Assembly (NCBI GenBank): GCA_054600435.1
Contig: BAAIJX010000089.1
Coordinates: 1 to 54,520 of the forward strand
Source of the DNA: Neophaeotheca triangularis
Taxonomy: Eukaryota
Direction: 5' to 3'
DNA length: 54,520 nucleotides
Notes under the pieces: model-generated
Databases searched by the model: none
What the model was told of the DNA's origin: nothing
What the model saw: only the letters and a program-made list of their open reading frames with translations
In this document: positions 33,353 through 45,700 of the stretch, piece by piece
How positions within the stretch are numbered: the stretch's first letter is position 1
Layout of the letters: every line of letters begins with the position of its first letter
Program-made: the position numbers and the translations under genes

Positions 33353-36300
33353 CTACCACTCTCCTGCCCCAAGTCTCTCGCCTTTTTGAGTTCCAACTGT
33401 TATGCCACGTTGGTGGTGGCCGGCTAACATTTTGCGCACTGTCTACCCTCTTTTGGGCAATGTAGATGTTTACATCTTGGTCTAGTACCTGATCGGCAGT
33501 CGAGAAGTGACCGAAGTGGAGTCAGATGCCTGCTGCCCTCGTATTGATAATGTTGTTCGCGTGGGGGTGCCTATTCACTGAGTTTCCCCCTGTCCTCTTA
33601 TGCGGGGTCGCACAGTAAGCGGAACTGTTTCTAGTTAGTAGTGGGGCGCTGCGCCTCAACGCCTGAGGCTTTGCTGCGTGAATACCAGACCTAAGGGTGG
33701 GTGAAGAGTGAAGACTGCAGGCAGATGGGTCACTCCCTTTGAGCACAGCCTCTCTTCGAAAAATACAAAACCAGCTTGCTGTCCCTACACGATTCCTCTT
33801 CCTCTCATCATCCTCTTCCTCCTCGCTATCTTCCTCCACCTGCACCATACGCCCTTCGCTTTGAGTGTTTGCCCTTTGTCAAGGTGGCACTCAGGGTGAG
33901 GGATACTTGTCCAAGTCAGTCTGGATATTCGCCTTGTGCGTGTCGGAGTTTTCGCTTTATGCGGACAGACCTGTCCCGCTGCGCTAAGATTCCAACAAAA
34001 AATTGCCCGGTTTCGAAGCTGCGCGTTGAAGGGTCTGCCTCTCCACGGTTCGATGGTGATTGTGGCTGCATGTCATCATCGTTCCCGATATCCAGAGGAT
34101 GAATCGCGACCATTCCACCCTTTCGGGACTAATTACTTCGTCTGCTTGGTTTGCAAGCTGGTTCACGGACAAGTGCTGCGGTTCGGTGTAGAGAGGTCTG
34201 GTTTCCGAGAAATCCCCCTTCACCTCCGCCTCTCCAACCTCAACTCTCAATGGGCCCTCCGGTGGTGGTGCGACGGCATCATCATCGTTCTCGGTGTCTG
34301 GGTGTGAACCGCGACCAAGCCTCTTTCGGGATTAGCTACCCCGTCTGGCGGTTTGCGCGCTGGTTCACGTGCTGCGGTTTGGCGGAGAAAGGGGCCTCCG
34401 AGTTCTGGCCAAGTAAGCATCGATATCCCAGAATATATTTGCGCGCAAAAAGCTAACGCCCTTTACAGTGGACACCGAACCATGGGAGACCGGTCCTTCG
34501 GCTGGTCGTATTTCAAGGAAAGACGTTGCACATATCCCAAGTCAGTGAAGAGGCCTGAGACCTGGTGATTCCATTCGCATCTACTGGACACTTCAGTGAT
34601 GTCGTTTGACCCAATTTTTGGAGACACTTCAAGCTGTTCGTCAGCATCATCACAAGCTGCCATTGCACTCAGGCCGCGATTCTTTTTCATCATGGTTTGG
34701 GTAGTAGTGCCCGGACATGGAGAAGAGACAACCAACAACGAACTGCCTACAAGCTAAGCCATAGGGCTCCAACCCTCTACGAATATCGGATACGCACGGC
34801 AGTCTGAATTAACGATGATGAAGGGCACGTGAAGTGAGGTTGCAAATGGGTGAGGTGAGGTTGATTGAAGGTTCGGCAAATCCACCCAGCGCTATCCACA
34901 ATAGGACAAGTTCCGCCAAGCGCTTACTCAAAACCAGCAAGCAACATCATGTCTCGCGAGATGCTATCACATTGCATTGCAAGGACTGATACGAGACTCT
35001 TCGAAAGTAGTTCTGCGTTACGCGAAATAGTGAACGTCCACAGCATTACTGCGGAGAGCTTCGGTCGCAAAAGCATTAGACAAGCCTCATCTGTTCACCA
35101 TCCCCCTGGCAACAGCTGTATCGATTGAGACTGCAATGAACATCGAGAACAAGGTCTGGGTTGAGACGATTGGTGATGCTAACATGATATCGAACCGATT
35201 AAATCTTGTTTGAAGCCCTCAAACATGAGCCACGAGAAGCACTGCCATCCGACCGATGTGCTTCCCACGACGCCTTCCAGACTTCGAGAGCTACCAACTT
35301 CAGCGAGGCTTGTCAGCGAAGGCCCTATGTTACATCTCCATCCTTGTTAGGAGCCGCGGTGAAAACACCACTCACAGCCTCACCAAGCGTCTCTTCGAGC
35401 GACACAATTAGCTTCCGCCACTTTCTCAAGCCGCGTATGTCTCAAGCCGCATGATACGTGCGACGACCCCTAGAAAATCTCATCCGCGCTGGTAGAGCAC
35501 AAACCACTCCAGTATAAGTCTGGCTGCTCCTGCTCATTGGGAGTCCTAGTAATGTCCCGAGGTGAAAGTCCCGGTCCTGCATACTTCGCCTTTCCATGGC
35601 CAGGGCCCATCGTAGTGAGCTCCGCAGGGCAAAGGCCGCCGGCATCTTGTGCCCAGTACAGTCCACTTGCTTTCTCAGTGGCAGCGAAAGCAGAGGGTCT
35701 GGTTTTCATCCTATCGTATCCTTCTTTGCTCTTTGCGGTCAGAAAGGCCCGCTTTTCATGAGTTGGTCTAGAATCTACGGCGCTCTCGAACCCAAATTTG
35801 CTTGGCTGCAATTGGCAGCCTCTCGCGAAGTCATGCTAACAACCTGCCGGCTCTGGGACCTGGTCGTTTGGCCGCAGATTCAGCTTGCTTCTGATTACGG
35901 GTGTGAGCTGTCCGAGTTGAGCAAGGAAGGCTCATTTGGGCCCTCGTTGCCTGCCGAGCGCGAATGTAGTTGCTTCCAGTATCGGTCTGCCAGGTTGTTA
36001 TCTGTGGAGGACGTCCCAAAGACATGGCAGCCCGCGGTGTCAAGACTGCGCAGTCAGCACGCTCTCTGCTCGTTGCGTTCGCTTTGATATTCGTCTTAAG
36101 GGTCACTGTCGCGCAAATGGATCACATTGTCGTTTGAGGAAGAAGGTGAAGCATGCGGGAGCTGGCACTTCAGATCGTCAAGTGGTAGACTAGAGGAGAA
36201 GAGGGAGGTCAAAAGCTATAGTGGCTGACTTGGGGAGCGTGACTCCATCGCTGCATCGCTGCAACGCTTTCAAGGCGCAACCTCAGGCCTCACCACTGTC

Positions 36301-39112
36301 CGACCTCACCACCGCTATGACGCATGCTTCAACACTGACCCTAATCGTTCCTGCCTTCGCAACAACTGAAGCGGCGGGCAAGGGCGGAAATGAGTCCACC
36401 TACATGCCGCTAGTGAGCACGAGCCATAAGAGCATGAACAAAACTCAGCTCGCCCCCCGCTGAGCTTTCTCTTCCTTCTTCATCACTCCCTCCACTCGCC
36501 AATGTCACCTCACGGTGAACAACATTCGCCACCTGACCTCAGTACGGACTTTCGCCACTGGGCGTATCACTTCACCGACCAACACTCTTGGACTTGTCCT
36601 TGAGTATGTTTCTGAACGTGTGTATGAGAACAGCAAACCCTCACTGCTTGCGGTGGGCACGAGCTGCGTGGACGCCTGGCTCTGGCGATGTTTCAACCGC
36701 GGTCGGCAGGCTCAACCAACGTTAGCATCTAACCTCGAGTGTCATCCGGGCCAGCCACGATCTCTATGGGGGTACGAGAGCCTGATCAGCTCTCGTATGG
36801 GATGCGACGGTTCATTTACTTAGCGGGGAGACCGGCTCCCGCCACTTCGGTGGTTACTTCAGTACGCTTGCACAGTATTTGAATGCGGTCAATTCCGCTC
36901 CAGAAGTCTACTGAGCAGCTGAACCATCGCACTGCGGTTCGGCAACCAGCCAACTATCCCGGCGAGCACGATTAGCTACCGTGCAGACTGGGAAGAAGGC
37001 TTGGTAGTCGGTGTTTGAATGTGGCAGAGGGAGAGACTCTCAACAGCCAGCGACAGAGACGGACCTCTCATCAAGAAAAGACGTTACTGGGGTGATGCCC
37101 ATTCACGCATCTTGTCGCAAGGTGTGAGAGACGTGGGGACTCGGGGCTTGTTCGCTGCTCGTTGCCTTCTTCCAAAGACACTTGCTCGAATTGCTTTGTT
37201 TTGCTCTTTTGCTCTGCGGGCTCTCTGGTGTTAGAGAGTGGCATACAGGGTTACGACTTCGATTCGAGAAGTCGGACACTGTCCCCATCCTCTTCACTTA
37301 CTTCCACTGACCTTTGTGTCGAGTGGGGAATTTTTGGCAAACTTTTCACGGCCTAACCTGTATGGTTTCACCGTCGACCTTTCTATCTTTTTCATCAAGC
37401 ATGGGCTTTTAGCTGGCACTTGGAGAAGCAGACCACGACTTTATCTGCTGGTTTAGCAGCGCTTGCTCCGCCCTTGACTGCGGCGGGGCCAGGTTGCTGT
37501 GAAGTGAGGTTGGATTCAGGCAGGCAACTCTCCGTGCTCGCGCTGGAAGATTTTGTACGCTCCCACCTATCTCTCACGAGTGAGTTGAGTACGATGCAAG
37601 GCTCCTCAAAAACAGCGGGCAAGTCGTTCCAGCATGCCACTATCACTTTAGACCTGGACAGTAGCCGTTGCAGCTAGACCATCAACGCCTGTACTTCGAA
37701 TTTAGATGCTTTCGCCTTCCTCACAAGCCCGAGATGCCACTCACAATCTGCCCACTACCTTTTGGACGGCTGGATCCTGGCGCTGCACCTCGCGGAAGTG
37801 TCATCAATACCAGGGGTGAGCCTTGTCGCTCCCCTTCACCTGCTAGTGAGATACACTTCAACATCGGCGAGGAGAACCAGGTCCCTGGGCGTCAACAAGC
37901 TCATCGGCAGATTGATCGTTATTGGAACACCATCCTGGTCTCCCTATGGCATGTCGATCGAGTGGACGGCTAGGTCAAGCCCGGTAACAGCCTTAAGCAA
38001 AAGACTGACAGCCCTGGAATTGCAGTAAGCATAAACAGCACACAAGTCACTTCCACCAAAGCTTTGAGTAATCCCTCGACGCGGTTGCTTGTCATCTGTA
38101 GCGAGAATTCCCAACCTTTTCCCGCTCCGGCCACACCAGCGGCAAGCAAAGTACCCTCACAACCACACATCGCATGTCCGTCACCCGAAGCCCTCTGGCC
38201 CCTGAGTGAGTCTCACCACTCCACTCTGTTCATGCCTTGGTCTCTACTCGCGCCTCTCCCGCCCCAACTTCGCTCTCCTCCCATCCACCCTCCCACCCAA
38301 CCATTCTTGGCGGCAAAGCAACCACCCGTCCGTACAGCGAGCATCTCCGGCTCCCAGGAATCTCGCACTCTACGATCTGCACTAGCTCGAAGCACAGCCC
38401 CCGTCTCATCCCACTGTATTCTCCAATTGCCCCAAAGCCATCGTAACGCCACCCACAAACACCCGCACAAAACTCCATCTCTTCCCCGACCCTCAAGTAG
38501 CGGCATCAGCCGCGGGCGACAGCAGCATTACCACAACTGCCAAAGACGAGCCAGGGCGCTGCTTGGCTCATGGTTTTCGATACATGTGTCAAGGGGAATA
38601 AGGGAGGCGGTTCAGGCATATATACTTACTTCTTTCTTACTTACATACATGCTCAAGCAGTGGGTTAGAAGCGCCGTCTCGAGTGCGGCTGCTCGGAGTT
38701 TCCGTCTCTCCTGGAGTGGCCGGAGATGGCTCGGAGAGGGAGGGTGGACGAGGGCTCACACTGAGCTGTATAGATAGGATAGGGAGGGGCAGATTGCTTC
38801 GGCTCTTTCGATTTCGTCGACGTGGCGGGGGGAAATAGATGTGGGATGGTGATGAAAGGGGGTAAGGTATAGATACCTTAGTAGGTAATTGAATCAAGTA
38901 TCTACGACCCAGGTTACTATCCTGAGCAGTCCAAAAGGTTCCCCAAGGCGCCCCAGCGATGCCATATCCCGACGCAGAAACAAGCAAGGAACGCACAAAA
39001 AGCGCCGCTAAAACGCTCAGCCAAAAAATCCAGATTCATCCCATCATCTCATCGTAAATTCAATCACCCAAGCCATCGATCAGAACCACTCTCAGCTTTG
39101 GGATTCCACTTA

Positions 39113-42010
39113 TTAATCATCATACAAATCCATTTCGCCCCCATCATCCTCATACCCCCCATCCCTGCCACCACCACCACCCCTAAACCCCCTGCCACGC
39201 CCATCAAACCCCCCACCATTCCGCTGTCCATACTTGAGCTCTTGCGCCGCATCCTCCTCATCCCACATTTCATCGTCGACCTCACTGCCACTCGCATCCT
39301 CGCCCTCACTGTCCCCATGATTCGGCAGAACGAGCACGTGACCGTCGTCGAGAACCACGCGAGCCGTTTCGCCGTCCTTGATGGCACCGCGTAAGATGAG
39401 GACGGCAAGGCGGTTGAGAATTTCTTTTTCGATGAGGCGGGCGAGCGGGCGGGCGCCGTAAGCGGGGCTGTAACCGGCGGACCCGAGGTAGTCTTTGACT
39501 TCATCGTCGAGCTGGATATCCACTTTGCGGCCATTGCCGGCGAGGCGTTTCTGGATCTCGTCGAGGCGGACGTCTACGATTTTGCGGATTTCGCGCTTGG
39601 TGAGGCGGTTGAAGATGACAATGGAGGAGATGCGGTTGAGGAATTCCGGCAGGAAATAGTTGCGCAGACTGTTCATGACGAGTTCGCGGGTCGTGGGGTC
39701 AATTTGGCCGTCGGCGGCGTTCGGGCGAGCGAGGAATTCGGCGCCCAGGTTGGATGTCATGACGACGATACAGTTGCGGGCGTCGATGACGCGGCCTTGG
39801 CCGTCTGTGATGCGGCCGTCGTCCATGAGTTGAAGGAGCACGGTGAGGACTTCTTTGGCGGCTTTTTCGACTTCGTCGAAGAGGAGGATGCTAAAGGGTC
39901 GGCGACGCAGGGCTTCGGTTAGCTGACCGCCCGCGTCGTGGCCCACGTAGCCCGGCGGGGCGCCGATCATGCGAGAGAGCGAGTGGCGTTCTTGGTATTC
40001 GGACATGTCGAGACGGACCATGGCTTTGGCATCGTCGAAGAGGAACTCGGCTAGGGCTTTGGTTAAGAGTGTTTTGCCTGTACCTGAAGGCCCGCAGAAG
40101 AGGAAAGAAGGGGGTTGGTTGGGATTGGAGAGGCCGGAGCGTTGGAGGCGGATCGCGTTGGCAACGCTGGTCACGGCTTCCTTTTGGCCCACGACTAGTT
40201 GGCCGAGGACCTTCTCCATTTGCAAGAGTTTGTCTTTCTCGGTGGTCTTGAGGCGTGTAACGGGGATACCGGTCCAGCGGCCGACGATTTCTTGGATTTG
40301 TTCTGGCCCTACCGCGTCGGTCATGAGTGCTTCGCCGGCACTACCGCGGCGACCAAACTGTTCCCGCTCTGCTTCCTTCTTCTGGTCTTCGAGTTGTTCG
40401 ATACGCTGCTCGACGTCGGGGATGGCGTAGTACTTCAAATCGGAGGCAGTTTGTAGGTCACGTTGACGCTCGGCCTCCTGCTGTTTGGTTTTCAGCTGGT
40501 CAAGTTTGATTTTCTGCTCCTGAATCTCCTTGCCCCTCGACTTTTCACTCTCGTACTGCTCCCTCATCGGGCGTAATTCTTCTTCAACATTAGCCTTCTC
40601 TGCCCTCGCCTCACGTAGACGTGCCTGGGAAGCTTCATCCTTTTCCCGGTCTAATGCGTGAATTTCAATCTCGAGTTGTCGAATCATGCGTTCCATGTTG
40701 TCAACAGCTTCCGGTTGCGACTCTCGAGTCACTCGTACCGCCGCCGCAGCTTCATCGATCAAATCGACAGCGGAGTCCGGGAGTCGTCGTGAAGTAAGAT
40801 AGCGCGCTGCCAGCGTAGCCGCAGAAACAATAGCGCCATCCTGAATCGTAACACCATGATGAACCTCGTACTTCTCCTTCAACCCACGCAAGATCGAAAT
40901 CGTCTCAGGGATACTCGGCTCCAGGACCATGACTTGCTGGAATCTTCGCTCGAAAGCCTGATCCTTCTCAATGTACTTGCGATACTCAGCGAGCGTAGTA
41001 GCACCTATACAGTGCAATTGGCCTCTCGCCAGCATCGGCTTGAGCAAGTTCGCGGCATCCATACCACCCTCTCCCGAGCTGCCCGCACCCATGAGCAGAT
41101 GGATTTCATCCACAAACAGCACAATCATATCCTTGCTGTCCTCAATCTCCTTGAGCACTCCCTTCATCCTCTCCTCAAATTCACCCCTATACTTCGACCC
41201 CGCCACCAGCGACCCGACATCCAAGCTGAGCAAGCGGCAAGCGGCCAAACTAGCAGGGACATCGGCGTTAACGATGCGGCTCGCGAGACCCTCCACGACC
41301 GTCGTCTTACCCACACCAGGCTCACCGATCAGAACGGGATTATTCTTCGTCCTCCGCGACAAAATGCGAATCACCCGTCGAATCTCCTCTTCTCTCCCGA
41401 TCACGGGGTCGATCTTGCCCTCCCGCGCCATAGCCGTCATATCGATTGTGAACTTTTTGAGATTGTCCGCTTCGACCTCGTCGTCCGCCGTCTTGCTGTC
41501 AACCCGCCTCGTGCCGCGGATCTGCATAACGGCGTTGTCTATGAGTTCGGCTTTGGGAACGTTGGCGTCGGCCAGGCAGCGCGCGACCGTCGGGTCCTTG
41601 GCCAGACATTGTATCAAGTGGTCGATGGCAATGTAAGCGTCCTTTTGGGTTTTGGACAGTTTGTCGGCGTCACGGAGGACTCTTGAGAACGCCGGGGCGA
41701 CGCTGACGTGTTCCGGAGGCGGGTCTTGGGAGGGGAGGCGCACGAGGGCTTTCTTGAGAGCGCGGTCGAGGAGCTGCGGGTCCCCGTGGGCTTTGTCGAC
41801 GACTTGTTTGAAGAGCGGGGCCGAGGCGGCCGCGTGGGATTCGTGCTGGCCGTGATTTTGTTGATCTTTGCTCTCGTCCGGTGGGGGGTCGATGAGGGCG
41901 ACCGCCAGATGCATGGGCTGCATTTGCGAGTGCGAGTATTGTTGGGCGAGTTCTTGAGCGTCGCTTAGGGCCGACGTTGCCCGGTCTGTGAATTGCATGT
42001 TGGCGGCCAT
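39113..42010 (-). CDS. HSP104: Hsp104/Hsp98 AAA+ disaggregase (ClpB family), intronless
   Basis: Clp N-domain, GEPGVGKT and GPSGTGKT Walker A motifs, LFVDEIH/LLFDEVEK Walker B motifs, coiled-coil middle domain, YGARPL and an acidic C-terminus. Confidence 0.97.
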   Translation of the reverse strand: MAANMQFTDRATSALSDAQELAQQYSHSQMQPMHLAVALIDPPPDESKDQQNHGQHESHAAASAPLFKQVVDKAHGDPQLLDRALKKALVRLPSQDPPPEHVSVAPAFSRVLRDADKLSKTQKDAYIAIDHLIQCLAKDPTVARCLADANVPKAELIDNAVMQIRGTRRVDSKTADDEVEADNLKKFTIDMTAMAREGKIDPVIGREEEIRRVIRILSRRTKNNPVLIGEPGVGKTTVVEGLASRIVNADVPASLAACRLLSLDVGSLVAGSKYRGEFEERMKGVLKEIEDSKDMIVLFVDEIHLLMGAGSSGEGGMDAANLLKPMLARGQLHCIGATTLAEYRKYIEKDQAFERRFQQVMVLEPSIPETISILRGLKEKYEVHHGVTIQDGAIVSAATLAARYLTSRRLPDSAVDLIDEAAAAVRVTRESQPEAVDNMERMIRQLEIEIHALDREKDEASQARLREARAEKANVEEELRPMREQYESEKSRGKEIQEQKIKLDQLKTKQQEAERQRDLQTASDLKYYAIPDVEQRIEQLEDQKKEAEREQFGRRGSAGEALMTDAVGPEQIQEIVGRWTGIPVTRLKTTEKDKLLQMEKVLGQLVVGQKEAVTSVANAIRLQRSGLSNPNQPPSFLFCGPSGTGKTLLTKALAEFLFDDAKAMVRLDMSEYQERHSLSRMIGAPPGYVGHDAGGQLTEALRRRPFSILLFDEVEKAAKEVLTVLLQLMDDGRITDGQGRVIDARNCIVVMTSNLGAEFLARPNAADGQIDPTTRELVMNSLRNYFLPEFLNRISSIVIFNRLTKREIRKIVDVRLDEIQKRLAGNGRKVDIQLDDEVKDYLGSAGYSPAYGARPLARLIEKEILNRLAVLILRGAIKDGETARVVLDDGHVLVLPNHGDSEGEDASGSEVDDEMWDEEDAAQELKYGQRNGGGFDGRGRGFRGGGGGRDGGYEDDGGEMDLYDD

Positions 42011-42249
42011 GGTTCAGGTTCCTAGCTTGTGTAGTTGTTTGGCGAGAGAGTTGGGTGTATGAGTGCTTGACAGGCTCAAAGCCCCAAGAGGTGGTAGTCG
42101 TTGTGTCTCAGAGCGGTCAGCGGTAACTGGTAGTCGGTCAGGTGGGTTTGTCGTGAACGCGACAGACAGTTAGTCAGCCGTGGGTATGTTTGATATGAGT
42201 GTTGGTATGAAGAACCTGTCTTGAGACTTCGAATGGATGTCGTCGACTT

Positions 42250-42257
42250 TTTATATA
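42250..42257 (-). promoter_or_regulatory. TATA box (TATATAAA) of HSP104
   Basis: Consensus TATA about 240 bp upstream of the ATG, with degenerate GAA repeats further upstream (about 42280-42345). Confidence 0.6.
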
Positions 42258-42721
42258 TGGACGGCTAGAGTGATTGGTTTCCAGTAGCAGCTGGATGCTG
42301 CCCGAAGCTGATGGGCGGGCTTGGATGTTTCCAGGCTGTTCGACGTCACTTCACAACCCCACAAAGCCGGGGTTACCATTGTCACGTGAGAGACCCGCTT
42401 TAATCAAGGCAATTACGGGCACGGCTTGAACAGCACACTTCAATTGCATAGGGGAGCATCTCGCCAGTCAAACTGGCGTAGGATATCCATCGACTCGATG
42501 CGAGCCGTGAAGACACGCCTCATAAAGGTAGGCAAAGGTGGTATAGCAATACGTACTGTGCGTGTAACGTTTATCTGTTCCCTGCTATACGAAAGACCCT
42601 CAGGTAACATGCTCCGTCTCCAATGCATCGCAACCGAGCAAAAAAGATCCCCATCCCCAAATCCCAGAAGGCAACCATTCTCCCACGCTAAAATCGCATC
42701 AATAAAAACAACACCTCCCAC

Positions 42722-45700
42722 TCACAATTTAATGAGGTCAACATTGGAAAAGTCAGGCGGGCTCCTCCTAAAAACGACCCTTCCCTTCCCATCCAAAGCA
42801 GTCCCCTCATTACTCATCCAAATATTCGTCTTTTCCCTTCCACTCCCACTCTTGTCCCCATCCCCACCCTCACCTGAGCCCATCCTGACCGTACTCATCT
42901 TCTTCGCCCGCTTAATCTCATCATCACTAACCCCCAACTTATCCCTTGGGATCCAAACCACCGGCCTCCGCGCCCGCAGCGCCGAGTGCTGGAAAGCATA
43001 ACGCACGAGCGTGTCGCGTTCCTCCGGCGTCAGGTCCTCGAGCTCGTCTGCGAAGCCACTAAACAGGACGTCTCCGACCGTGTGTTGGGATTCCGGGTCT
43101 TGTTGGTTGCGGGCTTGTTCTTTCGGGGAAGCCGAGATGTGGTGCGGGTTGAGCTTGGTCGGGCGGGCGGTAGCGAGGTTGCGCATGCGGGTAACGGCGG
43201 AGGGTGCAGCGCGTTTCCAGTTTTCGGTGGCCCAGTTCGGGCTGCGGGGCGTTCTATGCCAGGCAGGGGATTTGGGGGTGCGAGGGCTGCTGGAATTGGT
43301 GGTTTGGCTGGTCAGAGTGCTTTGACGGCGGGTGGCGGTCTGGCGCGTGGGGTTGGGATTATCGTGGCCTGCTTCGGTGGCTTTGTCGTTGGAGGAAGAG
43401 TTTGCTTGGTGCGTAGCCGCTTGGGTTGTCCCTGAGTCGCTTTCGTCATCGCCGTCGGCGTAGTTGTCGGTGTCTTGTTGGAGAGGGGCGAACTTGCTGG
43501 CTTGGGCGCGTGCAAAGGCTTCGTCGCGGATCACGGCTTCGTCTTCCAGCGTGACGGGAAGGTAGCGGAAGAGCGGGCTGAAGGACATGTTGAGCAGGTA
43601 GTGGAAGATCACGGTGAAGACCAGCACAATGATCATGATGATCGCGTGAGGGATGTTGGAAACGCCATCATCTTCGTCTCGCTTGATGAAGAAGAGGCCG
43701 ATGAGGCAGATTTCCATGACGTAGAGGCCTGTCATGAGCTGGTTGATGGCTGCTGGGAACAACAGTCCTCCCGTGTCGGTTCGGAACTGGTAGACGTAGA
43801 AGACATTGTATCGGTAAACGATCCAGAAGAGCGAGAATATGATCAGCATGAACACCAACATTAGCGGTGCAATAACGCTGTACACCAGTCCGATGACCGC
43901 AAAATTGGTAAAGGGGGGGAAAAAAGATCCCCATCTGACGAAGTTCAATCGGGTTTGTCGGGTCCATTTCTCTCTCGGCGTGGCGTCCATGACGGGAGCG
44001 AGCAAGAACCAAATGGCTAAAATGGCAACCTGTAGCAGCGCGCTTGCTGAGTTTGACAGCGACTGAATCATGAGATAGGAGAAGAAATAGTTGGCGGCAC
44101 TCGGGAGAGTTCTCGCCAGCTGCTGAGGGATCTCAGTGGGTTCCTCTGTGAGACTGGTGAAGAACTGGATCAGAGATCCAGAAATAGAAACGACGAAGAA
44201 TACCTGGACGAACAGAAACGCAAAGTACCACTGCTGCACTCCGAGTTCTCGACTGCTACCAGTGGGAACGCCCTGCTGAGTCACTAGAACCCGGAAGATG
44301 ATGGGGACCAAAGCGAGGATGATTGCGAGCAGAAGTGGCGGGAAGATACCCTGGATAATGGATCGACCAGAGTCAGGTATGTCTCTGACCCAGGACATCC
44401 ATGGAATCCCGCGGCCGAGTGCGTCCAGGTTGGAGAGAAGAGAAGAGAAGGTGACGGGAATGGCGTACAAGACGATGAGCCCTGCGGAAAGAGCGAGAAC
44501 GATGAACGTTCGGAGATAGCGCTCCCACCATCTGATGGACATGTTATCCCAGATGACATCTTCGGGGCTGATCTCCACCATGCGAGGAGCCATTTGCTGG
44601 GGAACGTGGTGACTGACTGACTGGCAAGCCATGTGAGCAGCAACTTGGTGGTTGAATTGGATAAAGGCGGAATTCATCAGTGGATACTTTTCCGGGCTGT
44701 CCTGGTCGGTTTCGATTTCGTGATTGAGCCGGGCCAATTCCCGGCGCAGGTAGTAAATCTTGTCGACCTTTTGACCAACCAGAGGCATTGAAGGAAACCA
44801 AGATTGATCGACAAGGGCGAGGCGCATCGTGTCGCGGTCTTTGGGTTCGATGAACTCCCTCCACCTTGGTTCTCCGTCTTGATCTTCATCCCAATCCTTG
44901 CTGAACGCGTCGTCATACGATTCTTTTGGCTCATCGTCGTTGCTCTTCCAAAACATCAATTCGTGCCACCACTTGCTGTCCGATACCTCTCGATTGGGAG
45001 ATTCGGCCCCGTCTCGTTTCTCATCGGTGCCAGTGTGAAGCGGGAATTCATCGTCATCTTCAGCTACGTGCGGTCGCGGACTCGGCATAGCGAGCGATCT
45101 ATCGTTGGTCTTCCAGAACTTCCACATAGGGTATTTGTTCCCGTGTAAAGGTTCCTCGATTTGCATGCTCTCTTTGGGTTTGGTGTCTCCTGAAGGCCTC
45201 GTCAGGTTGAAAGATGGGTTGTTGGGGTTGACTTCTGTCTTTTCGCTACCAGGCGATCCATCAGCCTGGTCGATTGGAGCGGAAGAAGACAACGCAAGAG
45301 GGTTGGGCTGCGGTTCACACCGAGACTGCAAAGAGTCCCAGTGGCTTTGAGGTCGCTCATCGTCATCTTTTGGTGGAGGTGATGGCGCCGAGTCGGACTG
45401 CAACAGTACTCCCACTGACTGCCTTTTGTAAAGCTCGTCGTCGTCGAACACAAAGCCGGTACCTTGGTTGGCTCTGTCGAATCTGTTGTTGATGCCGCCT
45501 GCAGCACCGTGAAAGCCATCGTCAACGCCCCCAATCACGCGCTGCCCGAAAGCGCCTACTCCTCTGCCCAAATTCCCCAACCCTTGTCCTACAAGTCCCA
45601 GTGGATTCTTATACCTCTGTTGTTCGTTCACATGCTGTCGCTGCTTCTCTTCGTTTGAATTGACATCGCGTAACATGTCCTGCGTGTTCTGGGCCACATG

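Noticed and set aside
38064..38777. 237-aa Pro/Ser-rich ORF
   Set aside because: TTG start, low-complexity C-rich sequence near the HSP104 3' end, no motif.
33400..38900. Transposon or viral insertion explaining the gene-free gap
   Set aside because: No RT, integrase, transposase or capsid motifs, LTRs or terminal inverted repeats recognisable, and the composition is not AT-shifted.
40856..41686. Long plus-strand ORFs (276 and 221 aa) opposite HSP104
   Set aside because: Antisense shadows of a highly biased coding sequence.
42279..42345. Canonical heat shock element upstream of HSP104
   Set aside because: Only degenerate GAA units at 10-bp spacing; no three contiguous inverted nGAAn units, so not called as a feature.
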